Shown: piece after piece, positions 19,868 to 28,670 of the stretch
Position numbering within the stretch: position 1 is the stretch's first letter
Layout of the letters: every line of letters begins with the position of its first letter
Assembly: GCA_046351395.1 (NCBI GenBank)
Contig: JAXLYP010000017.1
Location: forward strand, 129,508-193,507
Source of the DNA: Polyangiaceae bacterium
Lineage (GTDB): Bacteria > Myxococcota_A > Polyangia > Polyangiales > Polyangiaceae
DNA length: 64,000 nucleotides
Reading direction: 5' to 3'
Notes under the pieces: generated by a model
The model's database searches: none
What the model was told of the DNA's origin: nothing
The model's input: only the letters and a program-made list of their open reading frames with translations
Position numbers and translations under genes: made by a program

Positions 19868-22654
19868 TCACTTCGTCTTCGACGGGCCGCGTCGCGTCCC
19901 TTCCGCCGTTCGTGCGCGGCCGAGGTCGACTTTGTAGAGCGTCGCCCCCTCGAGATCCGCGCCGCGCAGATCCGCGCCGTCGACGAGCGCCTGCGAGAGA
20001 TCCGCGCGCCCGAGCTTGGCGTCCCGCGCGGACGCGTGGCGCAGATCCGCTCGCGTGAGGTCGGCGCTCGAGAGCCTCGCGCCGTCGAGGCGCGTGCGCA
20101 CGCAGCTCGCCTCTTTCATGCGCGCGTCGACGAGCGCGATGTCCCGGGCGTCGGCGCCCGAGAGGCGCGCCCCTTCGAGCGAGACGCCTTCGCCGCGCAG
20201 ACCCGTGAGGATGGCGGACTCGAGGTTCGCCCGGGAGAGGTTCGCGCCCGTGACGTCCGCGTCTCGAAGATCGACGTCCCGCAGATCCGCGCCCCGCAGA
20301 TCCGCCCGCTCGAAGTTCGCGCCCGAGAGCTCCGCGCCCGCCCACGCCGAGTGCGTCGCGGCGAGGCCGCGCGCCTCGACCGCCCCGAGCTTTGCGCCCT
20401 CCCATCGAGAGTCGTTGAGGCGCGCGCCGTTCAGCACGAGCGCCGTCGCACGAGCGCCTTCGAAACGGCCTCGAAGCACCGTCGCGCCCGTGAAATCCGT
20501 TCGGTCGAGCTCCGCCGCGCTGAAGTCGGCTCGATCGAGCGAGGCGGCCGTGAACGTCGCGTCGTTCAGCGAGCACCCTTTGAAGAGAGCGCGCATCCCC
20601 GTCGCGCCGCGGAAGGACGCTCCGCTCGCGTTCGCGTCCTCGAAGAGCGCGTCCGCGATCTGGGCCCGATCGAGCTTCGCGCTCACGAGGGTCGCGCGCG
20701 TCGCGTCGGCGCGCGTGAGGATCGCGCCCGTGAGGTTGGCGTCCGTCAGGTCGGACTCGTCGAGCAGCGCCCCCGTGAGGTTGCATCGAGCGAGGACCGC
20801 GGCCTCCAGTCGAGCGCCCGTGAGGATCGCTCGGGCGAGCGACCGCTCTCGGAAGTCGATGGCCGAGAGGTCGGCGCCGGCGAGCGCGATGCCCTCGAGG
20901 GTTTGTCCCTTCTCGATCCGCGCAAGGCACTCCGCCCGCGCCGGCGACTCGCGCGCGGGAGCGAGCGCGCGAACCGCTTTGTCGGTGACCGGCGCGAGAC
21001 GGTCCGGCTTGCGCTCCGCGGGAGGGTCCAGGTCGGGGGCCACCCTGGGGAGCGACGCGCCGTCGCGCGGCCTCTCCTCCGCCGACTTGGGCCCGTCCGT
21101 GGCAGCGCTGACGCGCGCCGCCGCTTGCTGCGCGGCGACGTGCAGCGCGCCGATCGTGAGCGGGACGTCCTTCGGGACCCAGTCGCGCGCGGGCTCGAGC
21201 CGCGCGGGCGCGAGCGGCGCGGGCGGCAAGGGGGGAGCCGTCGCCTCGTTCGGTGGCGTCGGCGCGGGGCGCTCGAGGAGCGCGCGCTCGGCCTGGACCG
21301 GATCGAGCGTCTCGTCTCCCCATGCGACCGCGTCCACGGATCGCGCGCGGATGGGGCTCCAAGGAGCGCCCGGGATGGGCGCGAGCGGCGCGCCGGCCTC
21401 CGTCGCTGCGCGGTTCGTGCCGCGCGCGACCCAGCTCGGCTCCGCGGCGGAGGCGTCGAACACGAGTCCGGACGTGAGGGTCTCGAACCCGGCGTCCAGG
21501 GGGGGCGTCATGACGTCCGCGATCATCGCCGGGCCATGCGAAGGGCGCGGAGCGGAGCCGAGCTCGCCGAGATCCAACGTGTGCGCCTGGCCCAGCGCCG
21601 GCCGCGCGTGCGCCGCGGCGGCGAGCGCGGCGAGCGCCGCGGCGTTCGACCCCGTGACGCCCAGGGTCGAGAGACGGGGCGGCCACGCGGCGGACTCGTC
21701 CTCCGTCGCATCACCGAACGCCAGCGCGACGGCCGCGTGAACGACCTCCGTCGGATCCGCGGGCGCCGGGATCTGCGCGCGCCACGTCAGGGACGCGCGC
21801 CGCGCTTCGGTGTCGATCACCAGACAATCCCCGCGCAGGTCGAGCGCCCTCGCCGCGCGCCCGGACCTCACCCACCGCGCGACGGCCCGCGCGCGCGGCA
21901 AGCGGAACTCGATCGACGTCGCCTCGCGGTCCATCCCCGACAGCACGATCCGCTCGTCTCCGGTGAAGAACTCCCGCATCCCGAGGAGGCGCTGATCGGG
22001 GGGCGCCGTCTGGAACGCCTCCCACTCGGCCTCCGTCCGAATGTCCGGGAACGGCTGGTCCAAGTCGATGAAGATTGGGCTCGTCCGTGGTGTGGGCCAA
22101 GGCGCGAGGTTCGCGAACCGCGTGGATCGATCGTCGGGCAAGATGTTCGGGAGCGTCGCCGCGCTCGCTCCAACCCCCACCCCGCCCGGGTTGACGGGGT
22201 CCCCGGGCCCGCCCCAGCAGAGCTCGTCCGCGAGGGGGATCGCCTCGAAGGGGTCCGGGAACGCGTCCGCGGATTGGCGATCTCCGACGACGTAGAGGCG
22301 CTTGTCGACGAGCGCGTCCGCGCCCCGCACGACCGCGAGTCGCACGCCGATTTCGCGCGCCATCGTCCCGCGCGGTGCGCGCGCGAAGCCCAGCACCGTG
22401 ACGCCCCCGCGGCGCAGGTTCGGCGCGAGCTCCGTCGCCCGGGCGGTGCGCGCCGCTCGCCGGAGGAGCGGCTCCGGGAACGCTGACTCCGTGACGTCGA
22501 GCGACAGCGGCTCCGGCTCGACGAGCCAGGCGTCCCCGGACGCGCCGTACATGAACGTCGCCTTCACGATCAGCGTGAAGAACGCGTCGCCGTCACGCTG
22601 GAACGCACGCTGCGCCACGCGGACCGCGGAGAGCGCTTCGATCTCGAGAGGCAT
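19868..22654 (-). CDS. DUF2169-domain protein with long C-terminal pentapeptide-repeat region
   Basis: MPLEIEALSAVRV...FTLIVKATF... N-terminal region resembles DUF2169. The C-terminal about 350 aa are A(D/N)LxxA(D/N)L pentapeptide repeats (ADLSAIDFRERSLARAILTGARLEAAVLARCNLTGALL...). ATG at 22654. Confidence 0.8.
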   Translation of the reverse strand: MPLEIEALSAVRVAQRAFQRDGDAFFTLIVKATFMYGASGDAWLVEPEPLSLDVTESAFPEPLLRRAARTARATELAPNLRRGGVTVLGFARAPRGTMAREIGVRLAVVRGADALVDKRLYVVGDRQSADAFPDPFEAIPLADELCWGGPGDPVNPGGVGVGASAATLPNILPDDRSTRFANLAPWPTPRTSPIFIDLDQPFPDIRTEAEWEAFQTAPPDQRLLGMREFFTGDERIVLSGMDREATSIEFRLPRARAVARWVRSGRAARALDLRGDCLVIDTEARRASLTWRAQIPAPADPTEVVHAAVALAFGDATEDESAAWPPRLSTLGVTGSNAAALAALAAAAHARPALGQAHTLDLGELGSAPRPSHGPAMIADVMTPPLDAGFETLTSGLVFDASAAEPSWVARGTNRAATEAGAPLAPIPGAPWSPIRARSVDAVAWGDETLDPVQAERALLERPAPTPPNEATAPPLPPAPLAPARLEPARDWVPKDVPLTIGALHVAAQQAAARVSAATDGPKSAEERPRDGASLPRVAPDLDPPAERKPDRLAPVTDKAVRALAPARESPARAECLARIEKGQTLEGIALAGADLSAIDFRERSLARAILTGARLEAAVLARCNLTGALLDESDLTDANLTGAILTRADATRATLVSAKLDRAQIADALFEDANASGASFRGATGMRALFKGCSLNDATFTAASLDRADFSAAELDRTDFTGATVLRGRFEGARATALVLNGARLNDSRWEGAKLGAVEARGLAATHSAWAGAELSGANFERADLRGADLRDVDLRDADVTGANLSRANLESAILTGLRGEGVSLEGARLSGADARDIALVDARMKEASCVRTRLDGARLSSADLTRADLRHASARDAKLGRADLSQALVDGADLRGADLEGATLYKVDLGRARTAEGTRRGPSKTK

Positions 22655-22958
22655 CGGGGTGCAGAGGCTACCGCAATGCGGAGCGGGCGCTCCCTTCGTC
22701 GATCTCCCTCGGTGTGCCGGGCTCCGAGCTGGCTCGAAGAAGCGTACGCGGGAGCGCGCGAAGGCGCTCGATCCTGCTTCGGCTTGGCTCGCGGAGGTCG
22801 AATGAGCGCGCCGAAGTCGCTCCACTCTGCAGCGGTTCCGCCGCCGAATTCGGGGAAGAGCAGCTGGCTCGTCAGGATGACGTCAATCCGAGTCGAGGCG
22901 GTCTCAAGAACTCATCAAGGCGCCGGATGAGTCGCCGCGTGAGCCGATCTGCGCTCTA

Positions 22959-23690
22959 GTGCTCGGCATGTCCGGGCCTGCGAGTGACCCCTTCGGACCT
23001 CTGGTCTTGGTGGTCGACGACGAACCCCAGCTCCGCAAGTTCCTCCGCGCGGCGCTGCTGAGCCACGGCTATCGACTCATCGAGGCGGAGTCGTGCGCGG
23101 GCGCGCTCGTGGAGGTGAAGACGCGCAACCCGGACGTCGTGCTCCTCGACCTCGGGCTCCCGGACGGGAGCGGCCTCGACCTCACGCGCACCCTCCGTCA
23201 GTGGTCGAAGACGCCGATCATCGTCATCAGCGCGCGTGGCAGAGAGGACGACAAAGTCGAGGCGCTCGACGCGGGCGCGGACGACTACCTGACCAAGCCG
23301 TTCGGTGTGAAGGAGCTGCTCGCGCGCATCCGCGTGGCGCTCCGGCACGTCGGCACGCTCGAGCCCGACGAGCCCGTCATCACGCTCGGAACGCTCGCGG
23401 TCGACCTCACGCGCCACGAGGTCCGGGTCGACGGCGCGCAGCAGCACCTCACGCCGCAGGAGTACAAACTCCTCGTCTACCTGCTGAACCACCGCGGTCG
23501 CGTCCTTACCCACCGCCAGATCCTGAAGGACGTCTGGGGGGCGGCCCACGCGTCTCAGACCCATTATCTGCGCGTCTACATGGCCCAGCTCCGCAGGAAG
23601 CTCGAGCGCGATCCGACCCGCCCGCGGATTCTCCTCACCGAGCCGGGCGTCGGCTACCGAGTGCGCGACGACCTCTCCGAAGCAGACTAA
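22959..23690 (+). CDS. kdpE: OmpR-family response regulator KdpE
   Basis: Receiver domain (LVVDDEP...D...LDLGLPDGSG...KTPIIVISAR) plus winged-helix (LTPQEYKLLVYL...GYRV). Located immediately 5' of kdpFABC. Confidence 0.9.
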   Translation: MLGMSGPASDPFGPLVLVVDDEPQLRKFLRAALLSHGYRLIEAESCAGALVEVKTRNPDVVLLDLGLPDGSGLDLTRTLRQWSKTPIIVISARGREDDKVEALDAGADDYLTKPFGVKELLARIRVALRHVGTLEPDEPVITLGTLAVDLTRHEVRVDGAQQHLTPQEYKLLVYLLNHRGRVLTHRQILKDVWGAAHASQTHYLRVYMAQLRRKLERDPTRPRILLTEPGVGYRVRDDLSEAD

Positions 23691-23932
23691 ACGAGGCGCA
23701 GCCTCGCGGATGCGCCCGCGATGGCGCGCTCCGGAGAGAGCGGCGAACGAGTCAGGGCGGAGTAGGCGCAGACACGCAACCGCACTCGAATGGCGAGACC
23801 GGGGCGATGCCGATCAAGCTACGCGTCTTGATGCCTTCTTGATCCGAAGTGTCGCCGCATTGACGCGCCTCAGACCGGCGCCCGTGCAGAATCGCACTGT
23901 CTTCGGAGGCGCCTCGCCGAGGCGAAACCCAA

Positions 23933-24012
23933 TGGACCTTCTCTACGTCGGCATCTCCGCCGCCTTTTTTGCGCTGACCTGGGGCCTCTACCGCCTCTTG
24001 GAAAAGCTCTGA
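23933..24012 (+). CDS. 26-aa hydrophobic single-TM peptide (KdpF-like paralogue?) directly upstream of kdpF
   Basis: atg gac ctt ctc tac gtc ... tga = MDLLYVGISAAFFALTWGLYRLLEKL. GAGG 9 nt upstream. Ends ...EKL like the adjacent KdpF (...PEKLQ). Confidence 0.3.
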
Positions 24013-24019
24013 GGTCGCC

Positions 24020-24112
24020 ATGTCCGCGCTCGTGATCGTCGGCGGTGTCCTATCCGCTGCGCTCCTCGTCTATTTGTTCGTCGCGCTGCTCGCCCCGGAG
24101 AAGCTCCAGTGA
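24020..24112 (+). CDS. kdpF: K+-transporting ATPase subunit F
   Basis: MSALVIVGGVLSAALLVYLFVALLAPEKLQ (30 aa). GAGGT 5 nt upstream of ATG. Stop overlaps kdpA GTG start (GTGA). Confidence 0.7.
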   Translation: MSALVIVGGVLSAALLVYLFVALLAPEKLQ

Positions 24113-25854
24113 CCACGCACGGCACCGTTACGCTGCTCGTCTTCGTCGGCGTCCTGCTGGGGCTCGCGTGGCCGCTCGGATCGTTCATCGCCGACGTGAT
24201 GGAGGGCAAGCCCGGCTGGATGGGGCGCCTGCTCGGCCCGATCGAGAGGCTCTTCTATCGCGCCGCTGGCGTCCGCTCGGAGGACGAGCAGACGCCTCGA
24301 CAGTACGCGCTCGCCGCGCTCGTGTTCAACGTGCTCGGCCTCCTCGTCGTCTATGGCCTCCAGCGGCTCCAGGCCTCGCTGCCGCTGAACCCGGACGGAA
24401 TGGCTGCCGTATCGCCCGAGGTGAGCTTCAACACCGCCGTCAGCTTCGCGTCGAACACGAACTGGCAGGCCTACGGCGGCGAGTCGACCATGAGCTACCT
24501 CACGCAGATGGCGGCGCTCGCGGTGCAGAACTTCCTCTCTGCGGCGACCGGTATCGCGGTGATGGTCGCGCTCGTCCGCGGCTTCACGCGCGCCGAGTCG
24601 AGGACCCTCGGGAGCTTCTGGGTCGATCTCACCCGGACGACGCTGTACGTCCTCGTCCCGCTGTCCTTCGTGTTCGCGCTCTTCCTCGTGAGCCAGGGCG
24701 TCGTCCAGACGTTCGACGGTCACGCGACCGCGCAGCTCGTCGAGCCGCTCACGCTGCAGGACGGGACGACGGTCACCGATCAGCTCATCTCCATGGGACC
24801 GGCCGCCTCCCAGATCGCGATCAAGCAGCTCGGGACGAACGGCGGCGGGTTCTTCAACGCGAACTCGGCGCACCCGCTCGAGAACCCGACGGCGCTCTCG
24901 AACTTCTTCGAGCTCGTCGCGATCCTCCTCGTCCCTGCGGCGCTCTGCTTCACGTTCGGGAAGATGGTGAGGGACCGCCGGCAGGGGAACACGCTCATCA
25001 TCGCGATGCTGGCGATCTTCGTCCCGCTCGCGGTGGTGTGCATCGCCTCCGAGCAGGCGGGCAACCCTGCGCTCCGCTCGCTCGGCGTCGACCAGCTGGC
25101 GAGCGCGTTCTCGTCCGGCGGCAACATGGAAGGCAAGGAGGTGCGGTTCGGCATCGCAGACAGTGGCCTCTGGGCCACGGCCACCACGGCGGCCTCGAAC
25201 GGCAGCGTCAACGCGATGCACGACAGCTTCACGCCGCTCGGCGGGATGGTCCCGATGGTGCTGATGCAGCTCGGCGAGGTCGTGTTCGGCGGCGTCGGCT
25301 GCGGCCTCTACGGCATCCTGATGTTCGCGGTCGTCGCCGTCTTCATCGCGGGCCTCATGGTCGGACGGACGCCCGAGTACCTCGGCAAGAAGATCGAGGC
25401 CTACGAGATGAAGATGGCGTCGCTCGTGGTCCTCTTCCCGTGCGCCGCCGTATTGGTCGGCACCGCGATCGCGTGCATCTCGAAGTCGGGGACGGAAGGG
25501 GTGCTCACGAACGCCGGCGCGCACGGCTTCAGCGAGATCCTCTACGCGCTCTCGTCCGGCTCGAACAACAACGGCTCCGCGTTCGGCGGGCTCACGGCGA
25601 GCGGACAGTTCTACTCGATCCTGATCGGCCTCTGCATGCTGATTGGCCGGTACTGGATCCTGATCGCGATCATCGCGCTGGCGGGTGCATTGGCCAGGAA
25701 GAAGCGCATCCCCATCAGTCCGGGGACGCTCCCGACGCACACTCCACTCTTCGTCGCGCTGCTCGTCGGCACGATCCTCATCGTCGGCGCGCTCACGTTC
25801 ATCCCGGCGCTCGCGCTCGGCCCGATCGTCGAGCACCTCGAGCTCCACGGGTAG
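24109..25854 (+). CDS. kdpA: K+-transporting ATPase subunit A
   Basis: 581 aa polytopic protein, MTTHGTVTLLVFVGVLLGLAWPLG..., typical KdpA length and composition. GTG start overlapping kdpF stop. Confidence 0.95.
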   Translation: MTTHGTVTLLVFVGVLLGLAWPLGSFIADVMEGKPGWMGRLLGPIERLFYRAAGVRSEDEQTPRQYALAALVFNVLGLLVVYGLQRLQASLPLNPDGMAAVSPEVSFNTAVSFASNTNWQAYGGESTMSYLTQMAALAVQNFLSAATGIAVMVALVRGFTRAESRTLGSFWVDLTRTTLYVLVPLSFVFALFLVSQGVVQTFDGHATAQLVEPLTLQDGTTVTDQLISMGPAASQIAIKQLGTNGGGFFNANSAHPLENPTALSNFFELVAILLVPAALCFTFGKMVRDRRQGNTLIIAMLAIFVPLAVVCIASEQAGNPALRSLGVDQLASAFSSGGNMEGKEVRFGIADSGLWATATTAASNGSVNAMHDSFTPLGGMVPMVLMQLGEVVFGGVGCGLYGILMFAVVAVFIAGLMVGRTPEYLGKKIEAYEMKMASLVVLFPCAAVLVGTAIACISKSGTEGVLTNAGAHGFSEILYALSSGSNNNGSAFGGLTASGQFYSILIGLCMLIGRYWILIAIIALAGALARKKRIPISPGTLPTHTPLFVALLVGTILIVGALTFIPALALGPIVEHLELHG

Positions 25855-25896
25855 GACCAAAGCTGAATCGAGTGCCTCTGGCACGGGAGCATTTTC

Positions 25897-27960
25897 ATGT
25901 CGACACAGGCTCGTCCACTGTTCGAGTCGGCGATTGTCCGCCGCGCCATCGGCGATGCGTTCGTCAAGCTCGACCCGCGCCGGATGATCAAGAACCCCGT
26001 CATGTTCGTCGTCGAGGTCGGGAGCTTCTTCACGACCGTGCTCGCCGTGCACGCCGCGGTCACGTCGAACGGCGAGTCTCCCGCGGGGTTCATCGCGGCG
26101 ATCTCCGTGTGGCTCTGGTTCACCGTGCTGTTCGCGAACTTCGCCGAGGCGATGGCCGAGGGACGGGGCAAGGCGCAGGCCGACGCGCTGCGGAAGGCGA
26201 AGAAGGACGTCCCGGCGAAGAAGCTCGAGGCGCCGAAGCGGGACGCGAAGTCGACCGAGGTGAGCGCGTCGCAGCTCAAGAAGGGCGACTATGTCCTGGT
26301 CGTCGCAGGGGAGTACATCCCCGGCGACGCCGAGGTGGTCGAGGGGGTCGCGTCGGTCGACGAGAGCGCCATCACGGGCGAGAGCGCGCCGGTCATCCGC
26401 GAGAGCGGCGGGGACCGGAGCGCCGTCACGGGCGGGACGCGCGTCCTCTCGGACTGGCTGATCCTCCAGATCTCCGCGAACGCAGGCGAGAGCTTCCTCG
26501 ACCGCATGATCGCGATGGTCGAGGGCGCGAAGCGGAAGAAGACGCCGAACGAGATCGCGCTCGACATCCTGCTCGCGAAGCTGACGATCATCTTCCTCCT
26601 CGCGACGTGCACGCTGCTCCCGTACTCGATCTACGCGGTCGCGTCGGCGGGCGCGGGCTCGCCGGTGCCGCTCACGATCCTCGTCGCGCTGCTCGTCTGT
26701 CTGATCCCGACCACGATTGGCGGTCTCCTCTCGGCGATCGGCATCGCGGGTATGGACCGCATGATCCAGGCGAACGTCATCGCGACCAGCGGCCGCGCCG
26801 TCGAAGCCGCCGGAGACGTCGACGTGTTGCTCCTCGACAAGACGGGGACGATCACGCTCGGGAACCGCCAGGCGACAGCGTTCATCCCGGCGAACGGCGT
26901 CTCCGAGCGCGAGCTCGCCGAGGCGGCCGAGCTCTCGTCGCTCGCCGACGAGACGCCCGAAGGCCGAAGCATCGTCGAGCTCGCGCGTCACAAGTTCCAG
27001 ATCGCGGAGAGAAAGGTCGAAGGCGCCGTGTTCGTCCCGTTCACGGCCCAGACCCGGATGAGCGGCGTGGACGTCGGCGGCGTGAGCATCCGCAAGGGCG
27101 CCGCCGACGCCGTCAACAAGTACGTCGCGGCGCAGGGCCACACCGTCTCGGCCGAGGTGAAGGACGCGGTCGCGACCGTCGCCAAGAAGGGCGGAACGCC
27201 GCTCGTGGTCGCGAACGGCAAGGGCGTGCTCGGCGTCGTCGCCCTGTCCGACATCGTGAAGGAGGGGATCAAGGAGCGCTTCGGCGAGATGCGGCGGATC
27301 GGGATCAAGACCGTGATGATCACGGGCGACAATCCGCTCACCGCCGCCGCCATCGCGGCCGAGGCGGGCGTCGACGACTTCCTCGCGGAGGCGACGCCCG
27401 AGGCGAAGCTCTCGATGATCAAGGACTACCAGAGGAAAGGACACCTCGTCGCGATGACGGGCGACGGGACGAACGACGCGCCGGCGCTCGCGCAAGCGGA
27501 CGTGGCGGTCGCCATGAACACGGGCACGCAGGCGGCGAAGGAAGCCGGCAACATGGTCGATCTCGACTCGAACCCGACGAAGCTCCTCAGCATCGTCGAG
27601 ATCGGCAAGCAGATGCTCATGACGCGCGGCTCGCTGACGACGTTCTCGATCGCGAACGACATCGCCAAGTACTTCGCGATCATCCCCGCCGCGTTCGCCG
27701 GGACCTATCCGGTGCTGCGGAAGCTCGACGTCATGCGGCTCCACTCGGCCCAGAGCGCCGTGCTCTCCGCGGTCATCTTCAACGCGCTCATCATCGTCGC
27801 GCTCATCCCGATCGCGCTCCGCGGCATCAAGTACAAGCCAGCGCCCGCGTCCGCTCTGCTCCGACGCAACCTGCTCGTCTACGGCCTCGGCGGCGTGGTG
27901 CTCCCGTTCCCGTTCATCAAGCTCATCGACATGCTGCTCGCGGCCCTCCACCTCGTGTGA
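25897..27960 (+). CDS. kdpB: K+-transporting P-type ATPase subunit B
   Basis: DKTGTIT phosphorylation motif. TGDN ([11 protein letters not shown]). [10 protein letters not shown] hinge. 687 aa. Confidence 0.95.
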   Translation: MSTQARPLFESAIVRRAIGDAFVKLDPRRMIKNPVMFVVEVGSFFTTVLAVHAAVTSNGESPAGFIAAISVWLWFTVLFANFAEAMAEGRGKAQADALRKAKKDVPAKKLEAPKRDAKSTEVSASQLKKGDYVLVVAGEYIPGDAEVVEGVASVDESAITGESAPVIRESGGDRSAVTGGTRVLSDWLILQISANAGESFLDRMIAMVEGAKRKKTPNEIALDILLAKLTIIFLLATCTLLPYSIYAVASAGAGSPVPLTILVALLVCLIPTTIGGLLSAIGIAGMDRMIQANVIATSGRAVEAAGDVDVLLLDKTGTITLGNRQATAFIPANGVSERELAEAAELSSLADETPEGRSIVELARHKFQIAERKVEGAVFVPFTAQTRMSGVDVGGVSIRKGAADAVNKYVAAQGHTVSAEVKDAVATVAKKGGTPLVVANGKGVLGVVALSDIVKEGIKERFGEMRRIGIKTVMITGDNPLTAAAIAAEAGVDDFLAEATPEAKLSMIKDYQRKGHLVAMTGDGTNDAPALAQADVAVAMNTGTQAAKEAGNMVDLDSNPTKLLSIVEIGKQMLMTRGSLTTFSIANDIAKYFAIIPAAFAGTYPVLRKLDVMRLHSAQSAVLSAVIFNALIIVALIPIALRGIKYKPAPASALLRRNLLVYGLGGVVLPFPFIKLIDMLLAALHLV

Positions 27961-28016
27961 GCTCCGCGGACAGACCTCGGCTGAAAGGAGCGCCTCCGGC
28001 GCGCTCGGTGAATCCC

Positions 28017-28664
28017 ATGAAGACACTCCGACCGGCCCTCGTCCTGCTCGCGATCTTCACGATCGTCTGTGGGCTCCTCTATCCCCTCGCCGTGACGGGC
28101 GCCGCGAACGTGTTCGCGAAGCAGCGCATGGGGAGCCTCGTCGTCGCGGCCAACGGACAGATCGTCGGCTCGAGGCTGATTGGACAGTCCTTCACGAACC
28201 CTGGCCACTTCTGGGGCCGTCCGTCCGCGACGAGCCCCCAGCCCTACAACGCGGGCAGCTCGAGTGGCTCGAACCTCGGACCATCGAACACCGCGCTCCA
28301 CGACGCCATCCGTGATCGTGTGGCGGCGCTGAAGGCCGCGGATCCGGATCAAGCGGGTCCGGTGCCGATCGATCTCGTCACCGCGTCCGGCAGCGGCCTC
28401 GATCCGGACATCAGCCCGGCTGCGGCCTACTATCAGGTGCACCGGGTCGCGATCGCGCGCGGCCTCGACGTGTCGAAGGTGCGCGCGCTCGTCGACGCGA
28501 ACGTCGAGGGCCGGTTCCTCGGGATCCTCGGCGAGCCGCACGTGAACGTGCTGCTCTTGAACCAGGCGCTCGACGTTCTCGCAGGCGGCGCGCCCGCTCC
28601 GGTGCCGACGCCCGATCAATCCGCGAGCGCGGCGCCCGAGACCTCGGCGAGCGCGGCCGAGTAG
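28017..28664 (+). CDS. kdpC: K+-transporting ATPase subunit C
   Basis: MKTLRPALVLLAIFTIVCGLLYPLAVTGAANVFAKQ... GSGLDPDISP. About 215 aa. Confidence 0.9.
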   Translation: MKTLRPALVLLAIFTIVCGLLYPLAVTGAANVFAKQRMGSLVVAANGQIVGSRLIGQSFTNPGHFWGRPSATSPQPYNAGSSSGSNLGPSNTALHDAIRDRVAALKAADPDQAGPVPIDLVTASGSGLDPDISPAAAYYQVHRVAIARGLDVSKVRALVDANVEGRFLGILGEPHVNVLLLNQALDVLAGGAPAPVPTPDQSASAAPETSASAAE

Positions 28665-28670
28665 TTGGCG

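Noticed and set aside
20016-22486. 574-aa and 816-aa plus-strand ORFs
   Set aside because: Antisense to the DUF2169-pentapeptide gene. Ser/Ala/Arg low complexity mirrors the pentapeptide repeat DNA.
25870-25896. sigma54-like tggcacgggagcattt in the kdpA-kdpB spacer
   Set aside because: The -12 element is CATT rather than TTGC, and the position (internal to an operon, abutting the kdpB ATG) is implausible.
24045-28664. 1539-aa plus ORF and 24070..28026 1318-aa minus ORF spanning the kdp operon
   Set aside because: Out-of-frame or antisense read-through of kdpA/kdpB. Only its last 215 codons (KdpC) are real.
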